DNA of 47,390 nt from an uncultured Opitutales bacterium. Lineage in GTDB: Bacteria > Verrucomicrobiota > Verrucomicrobiia > Opitutales > CAJWYM01. The notes below the pieces were generated by a model. That model had not been told where the DNA came from, searched no databases, and was given only the letters and a program-made list of their open reading frames with translations. The DNA is taken from NCBI GenBank assembly GCA_963924785.1, contig CAWUTK010000076.1, forward strand, positions 1 through 47,390, given 5' to 3'. Positions 18,480-27,243 of this stretch are shown piece after piece; within the stretch, counting starts at the first letter, position 1, and every line of letters begins with the position of its first letter. Position numbers and translations under genes: made by a program.

Positions 18480-18819
18480 TATTTTATATTATAAATAGTT
18501 ATTCTCTTTATATTTTCTTCACTATAAGAAAACCGGACATGTTAGCTGGGTGTGGTTTTGTCGCAAGGGGAAAGTCTAAGAGGGTGCCTAAAAGTCAAAA
18601 TAAAGTGATCTTTGCGAAGAAGCCTCTGGCTCAAGTGATTTGGTTGCCAGCTTGTTATTTAAAAAGTCTACTTTGTATTATTATATACATTTAATAGAGG
18701 CTCTTGGTGCCTAAAAAAAGCCCAAAATAAGTAAACAGGAAAAATATCGTGGAAATGGAGATTATCTACTTTTCAATGGAAGTTGTTTAACAATAGATCG
18801 TTGCGAATTTATGGTGAAA

Positions 18820-18846
18820 ATATGTTCACTTATTTGCTGGACATAT
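18820..18846. promoter_or_regulatory. Imperfect inverted repeat ATATGTTCA-N9-TGGACATAT upstream of recA (candidate operator)
   Basis: 8 of 9 arm positions are complementary. It lies about 60-85 nt upstream of the recA ATG (18905) and contains GTTC/GGAC half-sites reminiscent of GAAC/GTTC-type LexA boxes, but with non-canonical spacing. Confidence 0.3.
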
Positions 18847-18904
18847 ATTTTGGTTTTTAAATAGAGTGATTAAATAGAAATAAATTAAACGAAAAAGAAA
18901 CATT

Positions 18905-19963
18905 ATGGCACAAGTAGCAAAAACAAAATCAGCAAAGAATCCAAAAGAAGACGCCTTAAAACTCGCATTATCTGGCATTAATAAACAATTTGGCGAAGGT
19001 GCTGTTATGCGTTTGGGTGACGCTACGAAGATGGAAGTTCAGAAAACATCATCGGGTTCAATTGCCGTAGACCTTGCGTTAGGTGGCGGTTTTCCAAAAG
19101 GTAGAATTTGCGAAATATATGGGCCAGAGTCTTCAGGTAAAACAACACTTTGCTTAAGTTTGATTGCAGAAATTCAAAAGAATGGTGGTTCGGCAGTTTT
19201 TATTGATGTAGAACATGCCCTTGATCCTCGATATGCGAAAGTCGTAGGGGTGGATTTAGAGAATTTGATGGTTTCTCAACCGGAGTGTGGTGAAGATGCC
19301 CTGAATATTGCAGAGACTTTAATTCGATCAGGTGCGATTGATATAGTCGTGATTGATTCTGTTGCAGCACTGGTTTCAAGGAAAGAGCTTGATGGCCAAA
19401 TGGGCGACACTACGGTTGGGCTTCAAGCAAGAATGATGAGTCAGGCAATGAGGCGACTCACAGCTGCAATTGCGAAAAGCCAGTGTATTTGCATGTTTAC
19501 TAATCAAATTCGCGAAAAGATCGGCGTTATGTTTGGTAGCCCAGAAACAACGCCTGGTGGCCGTGCTTTGAAATTTTTTGCTTCAATTCGCATGGATATT
19601 CGTCGAATTGGGCAAATTAAAGAAACTACGGGAAAAGTTATTGGAAATAGAACTCGTTTAAAGATTGTTAAAAATAAAGTCGCACCACCGTTTACGGAGT
19701 GTGAGTTTGATATCATGTACACTGAGGGTATTTCTCAAACAGGTTCTGTGTTAGATCTTGGCGTTGAACACAAATTATTAGAAAAGAAAGGTGCATGGAT
19801 TGCTTACAAAGGCGATCTGATCGGTCAAGGCCGAGAAGCAGCTAAGCGCTATTTAAGTGAAAACCCCAAAGTTCTTACTGAGATTAGAAACTCAATTTTG
19901 GAAAAGGTCCAGGTTACTGTCGGAGCCGTTCTTGCCAAGAACGACGAAGATCAGAATGATTAA
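18905..19963 (+). CDS. recA: Recombinase A
   Basis: [17 protein letters not shown] (Walker A), [52 protein letters not shown]. Unmistakable RecA. Confidence 0.97.
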   Translation: MAQVAKTKSAKNPKEDALKLALSGINKQFGEGAVMRLGDATKMEVQKTSSGSIAVDLALGGGFPKGRICEIYGPESSGKTTLCLSLIAEIQKNGGSAVFIDVEHALDPRYAKVVGVDLENLMVSQPECGEDALNIAETLIRSGAIDIVVIDSVAALVSRKELDGQMGDTTVGLQARMMSQAMRRLTAAIAKSQCICMFTNQIREKIGVMFGSPETTPGGRALKFFASIRMDIRRIGQIKETTGKVIGNRTRLKIVKNKVAPPFTECEFDIMYTEGISQTGSVLDLGVEHKLLEKKGAWIAYKGDLIGQGREAAKRYLSENPKVLTEIRNSILEKVQVTVGAVLAKNDEDQND

Positions 19964-19979
19964 TTCTTCTGATCTTTTT
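19947..19979 (+). terminator. Rho-independent terminator of recA
   Basis: A 10-bp perfect stem, aagatcagaa (19947..19956) pairing with ttctgatctt (19967..19976), a 10-nt loop containing the recA stop codon, then a TTT run. Confidence 0.6.
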
Positions 19980-20061
19980 ACCTTAACGAAGACTCGATGG
20001 GTTAAAAGAATTTTTTGTTATCGCTTTGGTTGAGCGGTTTTTCAGTTGGTTTACGCAATAG

Positions 20062-20451
20062 TTATTTTTCTATAATTTCTATTTCGTAACCTTCGGGAGC
20101 ATCAATGAAAGCAAAATGTGTTCCAGAGGATGAGCTGATAGTAGGCCCATCGCTGAATTCAATGCCATGGGATTTTATGTGTGTTTCGAATTCGCTCATG
20201 CTGTTAACTGAAAAAGCAAGATGCATTAAGTCTTCTTGAACTTCTACGGGTCCAGAGTTTGGAAAATATGTGATTTCAATGAGTTCTTCGCTCTCAGGAA
20301 CTTTCAAAAATACGATTTGAGAACCACGTGGTGAAGTAGAACGTTTTGCTTCTTCAAGACCTAAAACATCTTTGTAGAAATTTACCGTTTTATCTAAATC
20401 ACTAACACGCATTCTTGTATGGAGAAGTTTGTTAACTATATTTTTTGCCAT
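20062..20451 (-). CDS. VOC-family protein (glyoxalase I / lactoylglutathione lyase-like)
   Basis: LLHTRMRVSDLDKTVNFYKDVLGL at the N-terminus and HLAF...GYEIEIIE at the C-terminus, the typical paired beta-alpha-beta-beta-beta VOC pattern. 129 aa. Confidence 0.8.
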   Translation of the reverse strand: MAKNIVNKLLHTRMRVSDLDKTVNFYKDVLGLEEAKRSTSPRGSQIVFLKVPESEELIEITYFPNSGPVEVQEDLMHLAFSVNSMSEFETHIKSHGIEFSDGPTISSSSGTHFAFIDAPEGYEIEIIEK

Positions 20452-20517
20452 AATTTAATATTTAGAGGTTAAATGAATTCCATTACATATGTGCTTATTG
20501 GTAGTCTTATTGTAGGA

Positions 20518-22317
20518 CTACAAGCGACACATTAATAAATCACGCTCAAAGAAAAATTCTTTAGGCAAGGTATCGTAAAGATTAATAAACAGCTCTTGTT
20601 GTTGCATGATTTGCATTTTTAAGCGGTCGCGATCAACGAAGTTCAGAGCATCCCATTGCTCTTTGCTGAATTCTAGTCCGTTCCAGTCAATGTCGTCATA
20701 ATGTGGAATCCAGCCAAGTGCAGCTTCTTTGGCTTTTGCTTGTCCGTTAGAGCGTTCTACGATCCATTTTAAAATACGCGTGTTTTCACCGAATCCTGGC
20801 CACATAAAGTTGTCATTTTCGTCTTTTCTAAACCAATTTACATGAAAAATTCTTGGAGGCTCGGCTAGAGTTTTTCACAGTTTCATATAATGACTGATGT
20901 AGTCTCCCATATTATATCCACAGAAAGGTAACATTGCAAAAGGGTCTCTTCTTAGATTTCCAACGCTCCCTTCAGCAGCCGCAGTCATTTCTGACGCCAT
21001 TGTAGCCCCTACATATACGCCATGTGTCCATGAGTGAGCTTGGTAAACAAGAGGGATGTCGTGCATGCGTCTACCACCGAAAATGAAGGCTTTGATCGGA
21101 ACACCTTCTGGGTTTTCAAGATTTTCATCCACACAAGGGCAATTACTAATAGCGGCGGTGAAACGTGAATTCGGGTGAGCTGCAAATGCTTCGCTTTCAG
21201 GAGTCCAGTCATTTCCTTTCCAATCAATTAAGTGTGATGGCGTATCTTTCGTCATTCCTTCCCACCAAACATCGTTGTCATCGGTCAGGGCTACATTGGT
21301 GAAGATGGCATCCTTTTCGCAACTAACCATTGCATTAGGGTTTGTTTCATGTGAAGTTCCTGGTGCAACTCCGAAGAAACCAGCTTCTGGGTTCACTGCA
21401 TGCATGAATCCGTCTTTATTGGGTTTAATCCAGGCGATGTCGTCGCCGATAGTCGTTATTTTCATACCACCTAATCCTTTTGGTGGTATGAGCATTGCAA
21501 AATTGGTCTTACCGCATGCACTTGGAAATGCAGCCGTCACATAGGTTTTTTCTCCTTCTTCGTTTTCAACGCCGAGGATGAGCATGTGTTCTGCAAGCCA
21601 TCCTTCATCGCGAGCTATTTTAGACGCTATACGAAGAGCTAAGCATTTTTTGCCTAAGAGTGCATTCCCGCCATAGCCACTTCCATAGGAAACAATGGTT
21701 CGTTCTTCAGGGAAGTGTACGACATGCGTATCTTTTGGGTTACAAGGCCATGGTGTGTCTTCAACCCCATCTGTTAAAGGAACCCCTACTGAATGAAGAC
21801 ATGGAACAAAGAACCCTTTATCCCCTAGGGCATCAACAACTCCTTGCCCAACACGAGTCATCAATCGAGTGTTAACGATGACGTAAGGTGAATCTGTAAC
21901 CTGAACGCCAATCTGAGAAATTTCGGATCCAACTGGTCCCATACAAAAAGGGATGACGTACATTGTGCGGCCTGTCATACAGCCTTTGAATAAACGCTTA
22001 AGTTTTCGGCGCATTTTAGTAGGCCCTTCCCAGTTATTGGTTGGGCCTGCGTCTCCTTTACTATTGCTACATATAAATGTTTTACTTTCTACACGAGCAA
22101 CATCACCTGGATCTGAACGGAATAAATAACTGTTAGGACGTTTATTTTCATCCAGCTTGATGCACATTCCTTTTTCTTGCATCATTTTAAACAAATTTTC
22201 CGCTTCTGCTTGGGATCCATCACACCACTGAATATTTTCAGGGGAACACATCTTTTCCATTTTTTGAACCCATTTAATGAGAGAAGGGTGGTTTAGTTTT
22301 AGATTTCCAGTATTCAT
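20518..22317 (-). pseudogene. pckG: GTP-dependent phosphoenolpyruvate carboxykinase interrupted by a single in-frame TGA at 20875..20877 (track ORFs 20875..22317 and 20518..20805)
   Basis: The N-terminal fragment carries the kinase-1a motif FPSACGKTN and [12 protein letters not shown]. Reading through the stop in the same frame gives ...[51 protein letters not shown]..., which is the conserved PEPCK C-terminus. The total of 599 sense codons matches full-length GTP-PEPCK. Confidence 0.85.
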
Positions 22318-22485
22318 ATAAGTTTATTCGCTTTAGGATGAGGGAATACCTCGAAGCTTGCTTCGTCCTTTGTGAGTTTTGGTATTTGGTAATCTTGAAT
22401 GCCTCTGGGCTTGCCCCGAGGATGGTTACTTTTGAGTTTTTACTTAGGAATGGAACATAACATTTATGTGAAATGCGATAGATTT

Positions 22486-22514
22486 AATATAAATGTGGAA
22501 TAGAAAACTGTCAA
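22486..22514 (-). promoter_or_regulatory. Candidate sigma-70-type promoter for pckG (TTGACA-17 nt-TATATT on the minus strand)
   Basis: The -35 TTGACA is the complement of 22509..22514. The -10 TATATT is the complement of 22486..22491. The spacer is 17 nt. This would give a leader of about 165 nt before the ATG at 22317. Confidence 0.35.
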
Positions 22515-22572
22515 TTTTAACAACAATTATTTGATGTAAAATTGCGTTGTAATAATCGTCGTTTTAGAAAAC

Positions 22573-22607
22573 AAAAAAACCTGCATTGTTAAGGTGCAGG
22601 TTTTTTT
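22573..22607 (-). terminator. Rho-independent (bidirectional-looking) terminator downstream of the phosphofructokinase gene
   Basis: aaaaaaacctgca-ttgttaagg-tgcaggttttttt: a 7-bp GC-containing stem (22579..22585 pairing with 22595..22601) flanked by an A-run and a T-run, 24 nt after the stop at 22631. Confidence 0.7.
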
Positions 22608-22630
22608 GTTTTTAAATTATTTAATTAAAC

Positions 22631-23893
22631 TTATTCCACAATATAAGCATCAAGTGCTTTCCTGATTTTGTACATTTTTAGCTTAGCAAAAATTGGCAAC
22701 CCTGCTTCATATGGAACTTGAACTTCTCCTTTAATGAGAGGGAGTGCATATTTAAAAAATTGCATATTCAAGCTAACTTGATCTTCATTGATCCAATTGG
22801 CTGGAAATTTCTTTTCTTTATTCGCAATATCGCTAAGTGGTGCCAATGCCATATCGCAAGTATAAGGTTCTTTGTCAGATCTGATTAAGACCACCATTTT
22901 ATCTGACTCACCATCAACCGCTGATTCAACAGCTTTAATACCAGCTTCGTAGGCTTCATCATTGTCTGTTTGTGAAGAACAATGTGCTGCGGCTCTTTGT
23001 GTATGACCGAATTTACAGGCACGTGTTTTAGTGCCAAGGTTATCTTCTGTTAATTTTTTAAGATATTCACCTGCTCCACCTAATTCAGCATGTCCAAAAG
23101 AATCAGTCGACCCATCTATACTTGAAATATAATTACCATTTTCGTCGGTTAGTCCTTCGCCTACAACAACGATACAATAGCGTTCTTTTTTAAGAACTCT
23201 TTGAACGTCTTCAAGGTACTTTTCTTGTGAAAAAGGAACTTCTGGAAGATAAATAAGATGAGGCGCATCGCTTGGGCTATTTTTATCTTTTGCAAGAGCT
23301 GAACCAGCCGCAATCCAACCCGCGTTTCTACCCATAACTTCTACGATAGAAACGTAGTCATGTCTTCCCATTGAATCACAATCTAGTGCGAGTTCCTTGA
23401 TCTGAGTCGTAATGCTTTTGACAACACTTCCATAACCAGGACAGTGATCAGTAATTGCCAAATCATTATCAACTGTTTTTGGAATTCCGATGACGCGTAA
23501 TTCGTAACCTTTTTCTTGAGCAAGCTCAGAAATCTTTGCGGCAGTGTCTTGTGAGTCATTTCCGCCAATGTAGAAGAAATAGCGAATGTTATGTGCTTCG
23601 AATACACTTAAAACTCTTTCAAAATCTTGATTTGTCTTGAGCTTATGTCTGCATGTTCCTAGAGCTGACCCTGGAGTATGGCGGAGTGCACGAATCGTTT
23701 GTTGTGATTCTGACGCAAGATCTATAAGTCCTTCATTAAGAATGCCTAGTATTCCATTAAGCCCTCCGTATATTTCTTCGATACACTCGTGATTGAGTGC
23801 TTCAGAAACAACGCCTGCAAGGCTTGAGTTTATTACTGCTGTTGGTCCGCCCGATTGGGCAACGAGACAATTTCCGATAAGTTCTTTAGCCAT
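22631..23893 (-). CDS. pfp: 6-phosphofructokinase, probably pyrophosphate-dependent (PPi-PFK)
   Basis: PFK family: AQSGGPTAVINSSLAGV, YIGGNDSQDT, IGIPKTVDNDL, VEVMGRNAGWIA. It has Asp at the GGDG-equivalent fourth position and Lys in PKTVDND, the residues associated with PPi rather than ATP specificity. Confidence 0.85.
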   Translation of the reverse strand: MAKELIGNCLVAQSGGPTAVINSSLAGVVSEALNHECIEEIYGGLNGILGILNEGLIDLASESQQTIRALRHTPGSALGTCRHKLKTNQDFERVLSVFEAHNIRYFFYIGGNDSQDTAAKISELAQEKGYELRVIGIPKTVDNDLAITDHCPGYGSVVKSITTQIKELALDCDSMGRHDYVSIVEVMGRNAGWIAAGSALAKDKNSPSDAPHLIYLPEVPFSQEKYLEDVQRVLKKERYCIVVVGEGLTDENGNYISSIDGSTDSFGHAELGGAGEYLKKLTEDNLGTKTRACKFGHTQRAAAHCSSQTDNDEAYEAGIKAVESAVDGESDKMVVLIRSDKEPYTCDMALAPLSDIANKEKKFPANWINEDQVSLNMQFFKYALPLIKGEVQVPYEAGLPIFAKLKMYKIRKALDAYIVE

Positions 23894-24091
23894 AATTCAA
23901 TAATCCTATTAAAATTTAAGGATCGTGAGTGTTCATTTTAGAACTGAAATGGCAATAATAAACCATAAAAAAGTCAGAGGTTGATTTTTTTATGATTTCC
24001 TAATTAGACCGATAGTCTTTTCGGGCGACGAACTCTGGATCGATGGGCATTTGTCACAACCCCAAGCATTTATGGAAACAACAGTTTTGTT

Positions 24092-25516
24092 TTATAGAAT
24101 TTTGCCGGGTTTGTAATCGCCAGCTTTTGGGAATTTTTGTTTCCATTCTTCTACTGACAGGCAAAATTTAGTTGTTTGTGGTTTGGCTAGGCCTGAACTG
24201 CTTCCTTTTTCTTTTAAAATTTCAGCGAGTTTATCAGCATTGAGCCCTACTCGTTTGTCGTTAGCTAATTTCTCAAGCAGGTCATTTTCATTAATTTCAC
24301 CATTACGCAAGTCACGAACGGTTGCAATGGCATGTTCCTTGATAGCTTTATGGACTTCTTCTCTGCCACCCCCATTCTTAACGGCTTCCATTAAAATAGT
24401 GGTTGTTAGTAAAAATGGGAGATAGTAATTGTTTTCTTTTTCAATAACGGAAGGATAAATCTCGAATTGTTGCATTATGGTGAGGAATGATTCCAATAAT
24501 CCATCGATAGCAAAGAATGAGTCTGGAAGCATTAAGCGTCTTACAACAGAGCAAGAGACATCGCCTTCATTCCATTGATCACCCGAAAGATTACTCGCCA
24601 TGTTAAGATAGCCGCCGAGAATGACTTGTAGTCCATTGATCCTTTCACAAGTTCGGCTGTTCATTTTGTGAGGCATTGCGGATGAACCGACTTGACCTTT
24701 TGCAAAGCCTTCAGAGGCAAGCTCATGACCCGCCATGACTCTTAGTGTTTTTGCGAAACTTGCCATGGGTGAAGCTAGTTGAAATAGGGAGGAAATGACT
24801 TCGAAGTCGTAACTTCTAGGATAGACTTGTCCCACGGCATTTGCAGCGTAAGGCAAGCCAAGGTGTTTTAGAATACCCGCTTCTAATTCTGCTACTTTAT
24901 CTTCATCGCCATCAAAGAGGGTTAATGTGTCCATTTGAGTACCAACAGCACCCTTTAGCCCTCTAACGGTGTATTCTGATAAAATGAACTGAGTTGAACG
25001 TAGTGCCTTCTCGAGTTCTTCACCATACATAGCAAAGCGTTTCCCTAAAGTGGTTGCTTGAGCTGCAACATTGTGTGTGCGTGCAGTTAGCTGGATATCT
25101 GAGTGCTTCTTAGCTTGTTCTCCAATTGCAATTAATGCAGAAACGCTTTTTTCAATAATAAGATTTAGGGAGAGAAATACTTGGAGTTGCTCCACGTTCT
25201 CCGTTAAATCCCTGCTGGTCATCCCCTTGTGTATGTGCTCGTAGCCGGCTAGATCGCAAAACTCTTCAATTCTGGCTTTTACGTCATGTCGTGTTACGCG
25301 TTCACGTTCAGCTATAGATTTTGTATCAACCTTCCCTTTAACGGATTCGTAGGCACTGATTGCTTCCTCCGGAATATCAAGTCCAAGTTCTTTTTGAGCC
25401 TTCATAACTGCAATCCAGAATTCTCTTTCGAGAACGATTTTCCCTTCTTCGGACCAGATTGATGTAATGTCATGCGAAGCATAACGTTGGGCTAAAACAT
25501 TTGGTATATTACTCAT
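24092..25516 (-). CDS. purB: Adenylosuccinate lyase
   Basis: RYASHDITSIWSE, TSRDLTEN, and the fumarate-lyase signature GSSAMPHKMNSRTCE. 474-aa long-type PurB. Confidence 0.92.
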   Translation of the reverse strand: MSNIPNVLAQRYASHDITSIWSEEGKIVLEREFWIAVMKAQKELGLDIPEEAISAYESVKGKVDTKSIAERERVTRHDVKARIEEFCDLAGYEHIHKGMTSRDLTENVEQLQVFLSLNLIIEKSVSALIAIGEQAKKHSDIQLTARTHNVAAQATTLGKRFAMYGEELEKALRSTQFILSEYTVRGLKGAVGTQMDTLTLFDGDEDKVAELEAGILKHLGLPYAANAVGQVYPRSYDFEVISSLFQLASPMASFAKTLRVMAGHELASEGFAKGQVGSSAMPHKMNSRTCERINGLQVILGGYLNMASNLSGDQWNEGDVSCSVVRRLMLPDSFFAIDGLLESFLTIMQQFEIYPSVIEKENNYYLPFLLTTTILMEAVKNGGGREEVHKAIKEHAIATVRDLRNGEINENDLLEKLANDKRVGLNADKLAEILKEKGSSSGLAKPQTTKFCLSVEEWKQKFPKAGDYKPGKIL

Positions 25517-25526
25517 AATTAAAATT

Positions 25527-26702
25527 TTATTGGGATGCGTGTTTGTCCATGAATATAGCCATTCGATCTGTTGCTTTGATCAAACGGTCATAGCTAGTTG
25601 AAAAACTAGCGCGTATGAATCCTTTACCATTTTCACCAAAAGCAGAACCAGGAACTACGGCTACTTCATTTTCTTTTAATAAATTGTGTGCAAATTGAAC
25701 ATCATCCATTTGCGATGCCGCAATCGAGGGGAATGCATAGAATGCTCCCTTTGGAGAATGGCAAGGGAGACCTATTTCATTAAAACGTCTAACAACGAAG
25801 TTGCGTCTCTTATGATACTGGTCTTTCATTTTCTTAACACTTTCTTCTCCATTTCTTAAAGCTTCAATGGCGGCTTCTTGTGAAATGATAGAGGCACACA
25901 TCATGCCGTATTGATGGATTTTCATCATGGCATCGGTCAATGGAGCTGGAGCACATGCGTATCCAATTCTGAACCCTGTCATTGCAAATGCTTTTGAAAA
26001 ACCATGGAGAAAAATAGTTCTATCTTTCATGCCTGGAAGGGAAGCGATGCTGATGTGTTCTCCATCGAAGGTCAGTTCGGCATAAATTTCATCACTAATA
26101 ACTAGCATGTCTTTTTCGACAGCAAATGCGGCAATATCTTGAAGTTTCTTTCTGTCGGTAACTCCGCCAGTAGGGTTTGTTGGAAAATTCAATACAAGCG
26201 CTTTGCAACCTGGTTCCCAAGAGTCTTTCAAGGCTTGGATGTTTATTGAAAACTGATCATCTGAATGAGTTGGAACGGAAATAGCGTTTCCATGAGCGAG
26301 GTTGATACAGGGAGTGTATGAAACGAAACAGGGTTGATGATACATTACCTTGTCCCCCGGATTAATAATGGCTCTTAGTGCGATATCGAGTGCTTCAGAT
26401 ACACCTACGGCAACCAGAACTTCGTCTTCAGGATTGTAATTAATACCAAAGAAGTTTTCAACGTAAGTTGAAATTTCCTTTCTCAAATTTAATAAACCAC
26501 GGTTATCGGTGTAACTGGTCTTACCTTTTTCAAGGGCGTAAATAGTTGCTTCGCGAATATGCCAAGGAGTGATGAAGTCGGGTTCGCCTATACCAAGTGA
26601 AATGGCTTCTGGCATTTGAGAAACAATTGCAAAAAAGTCTCTAATCCCTGAACGGGGTAGAGCCTCCACATGTGAGGCTATAAAACGTGATGAATCAGAC
26701 AT
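25527..26702 (-). CDS. Class I/II PLP-dependent aminotransferase (aspartate/alanine aminotransferase-like)
   Basis: LGIGEPDF, NFPTNPTGG, SDEIYAELTFDG, and the PLP-lysine motif FSKAFAMTGFRIGY. 391 aa. Confidence 0.9.
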   Translation of the reverse strand: MSDSSRFIASHVEALPRSGIRDFFAIVSQMPEAISLGIGEPDFITPWHIREATIYALEKGKTSYTDNRGLLNLRKEISTYVENFFGINYNPEDEVLVAVGVSEALDIALRAIINPGDKVMYHQPCFVSYTPCINLAHGNAISVPTHSDDQFSINIQALKDSWEPGCKALVLNFPTNPTGGVTDRKKLQDIAAFAVEKDMLVISDEIYAELTFDGEHISIASLPGMKDRTIFLHGFSKAFAMTGFRIGYACAPAPLTDAMMKIHQYGMMCASIISQEAAIEALRNGEESVKKMKDQYHKRRNFVVRRFNEIGLPCHSPKGAFYAFPSIAASQMDDVQFAHNLLKENEVAVVPGSAFGENGKGFIRASFSTSYDRLIKATDRMAIFMDKHASQ

Positions 26703-26707
26703 CGAAA

Positions 26708-27190
26708 TTAAGCGCTGATCGCTGGTTTGTCAGGAACAGTACTTTCTGTAACGAGCATGTGGCCTTGTTCTTTATAGGAACGCAACATGAAGTGTGTCGA
26801 TGTTGAGAGTATACCGCCGATTGTTGCCAGTTTTTCAGAGACAAAAGAGGCTATTTGGCGAAGATTGTTTCCCTTTGTGAAAATAAGGATATCGTAACCA
26901 CCAGACATAAGATAGCATGATTCTACGGCATCGAATTGGCTTATTCGCATGGCGAGACGATCAAAACCTCCTTCACGTTCTGGACTGATTTTTACTTCAA
27001 TAACCGCACGGACGATTTTTTCCTCAAACGTCTCTGGGTTGATGACAGGTCTCCATCCTAGAAGAATTTTTTGTTTCTGAAGGTCTTTTAATTCCTTTTC
27101 TACTTCGGCAGTAGATAGGTTTAATATTTTAGACATTTGCTCAGTGTCTAAATTTTCTCCTTCTAATAATAGCTCAAGAACAGAATTCAT
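26708..27190 (-). CDS. Lrp/AsnC-family transcriptional regulator
   Basis: N-terminal HTH (EQMSKILNLSTAEVEKELKDLQKQKIL) and a C-terminal RAM/AsnC_trans_reg-like domain (VRAVIEVKISPE...VESCYLMSGGYDILIF). Located 5 nt upstream of the aminotransferase gene. Confidence 0.85.
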   Translation of the reverse strand: MNSVLELLLEGENLDTEQMSKILNLSTAEVEKELKDLQKQKILLGWRPVINPETFEEKIVRAVIEVKISPEREGGFDRLAMRISQFDAVESCYLMSGGYDILIFTKGNNLRQIASFVSEKLATIGGILSTSTHFMLRSYKEQGHMLVTESTVPDKPAISA

Positions 27191-27243
27191 AATTTACATA
27201 TAGAAAAATAATTTGGCATGTGCAACAAAACTAAACAGCTTCT

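Noticed and set aside
20875-20877. Genome-wide TGA reassignment (code 4/25) or selenocysteine as the explanation for the in-frame TGA in pckG
   Set aside because: TGA terminates other well-defined genes in this window: plsY at 16266..16268, where it overlaps the hom ATG, and PP2C at 12977..12979. PEPCK is not a known selenoprotein, and the position is a variable loop rather than a catalytic Cys site. The nearby hairpin is A/U-rich and includes the UGA itself, which is unlike bacterial SECIS elements. Local read-through stays open in the corresponding finding.
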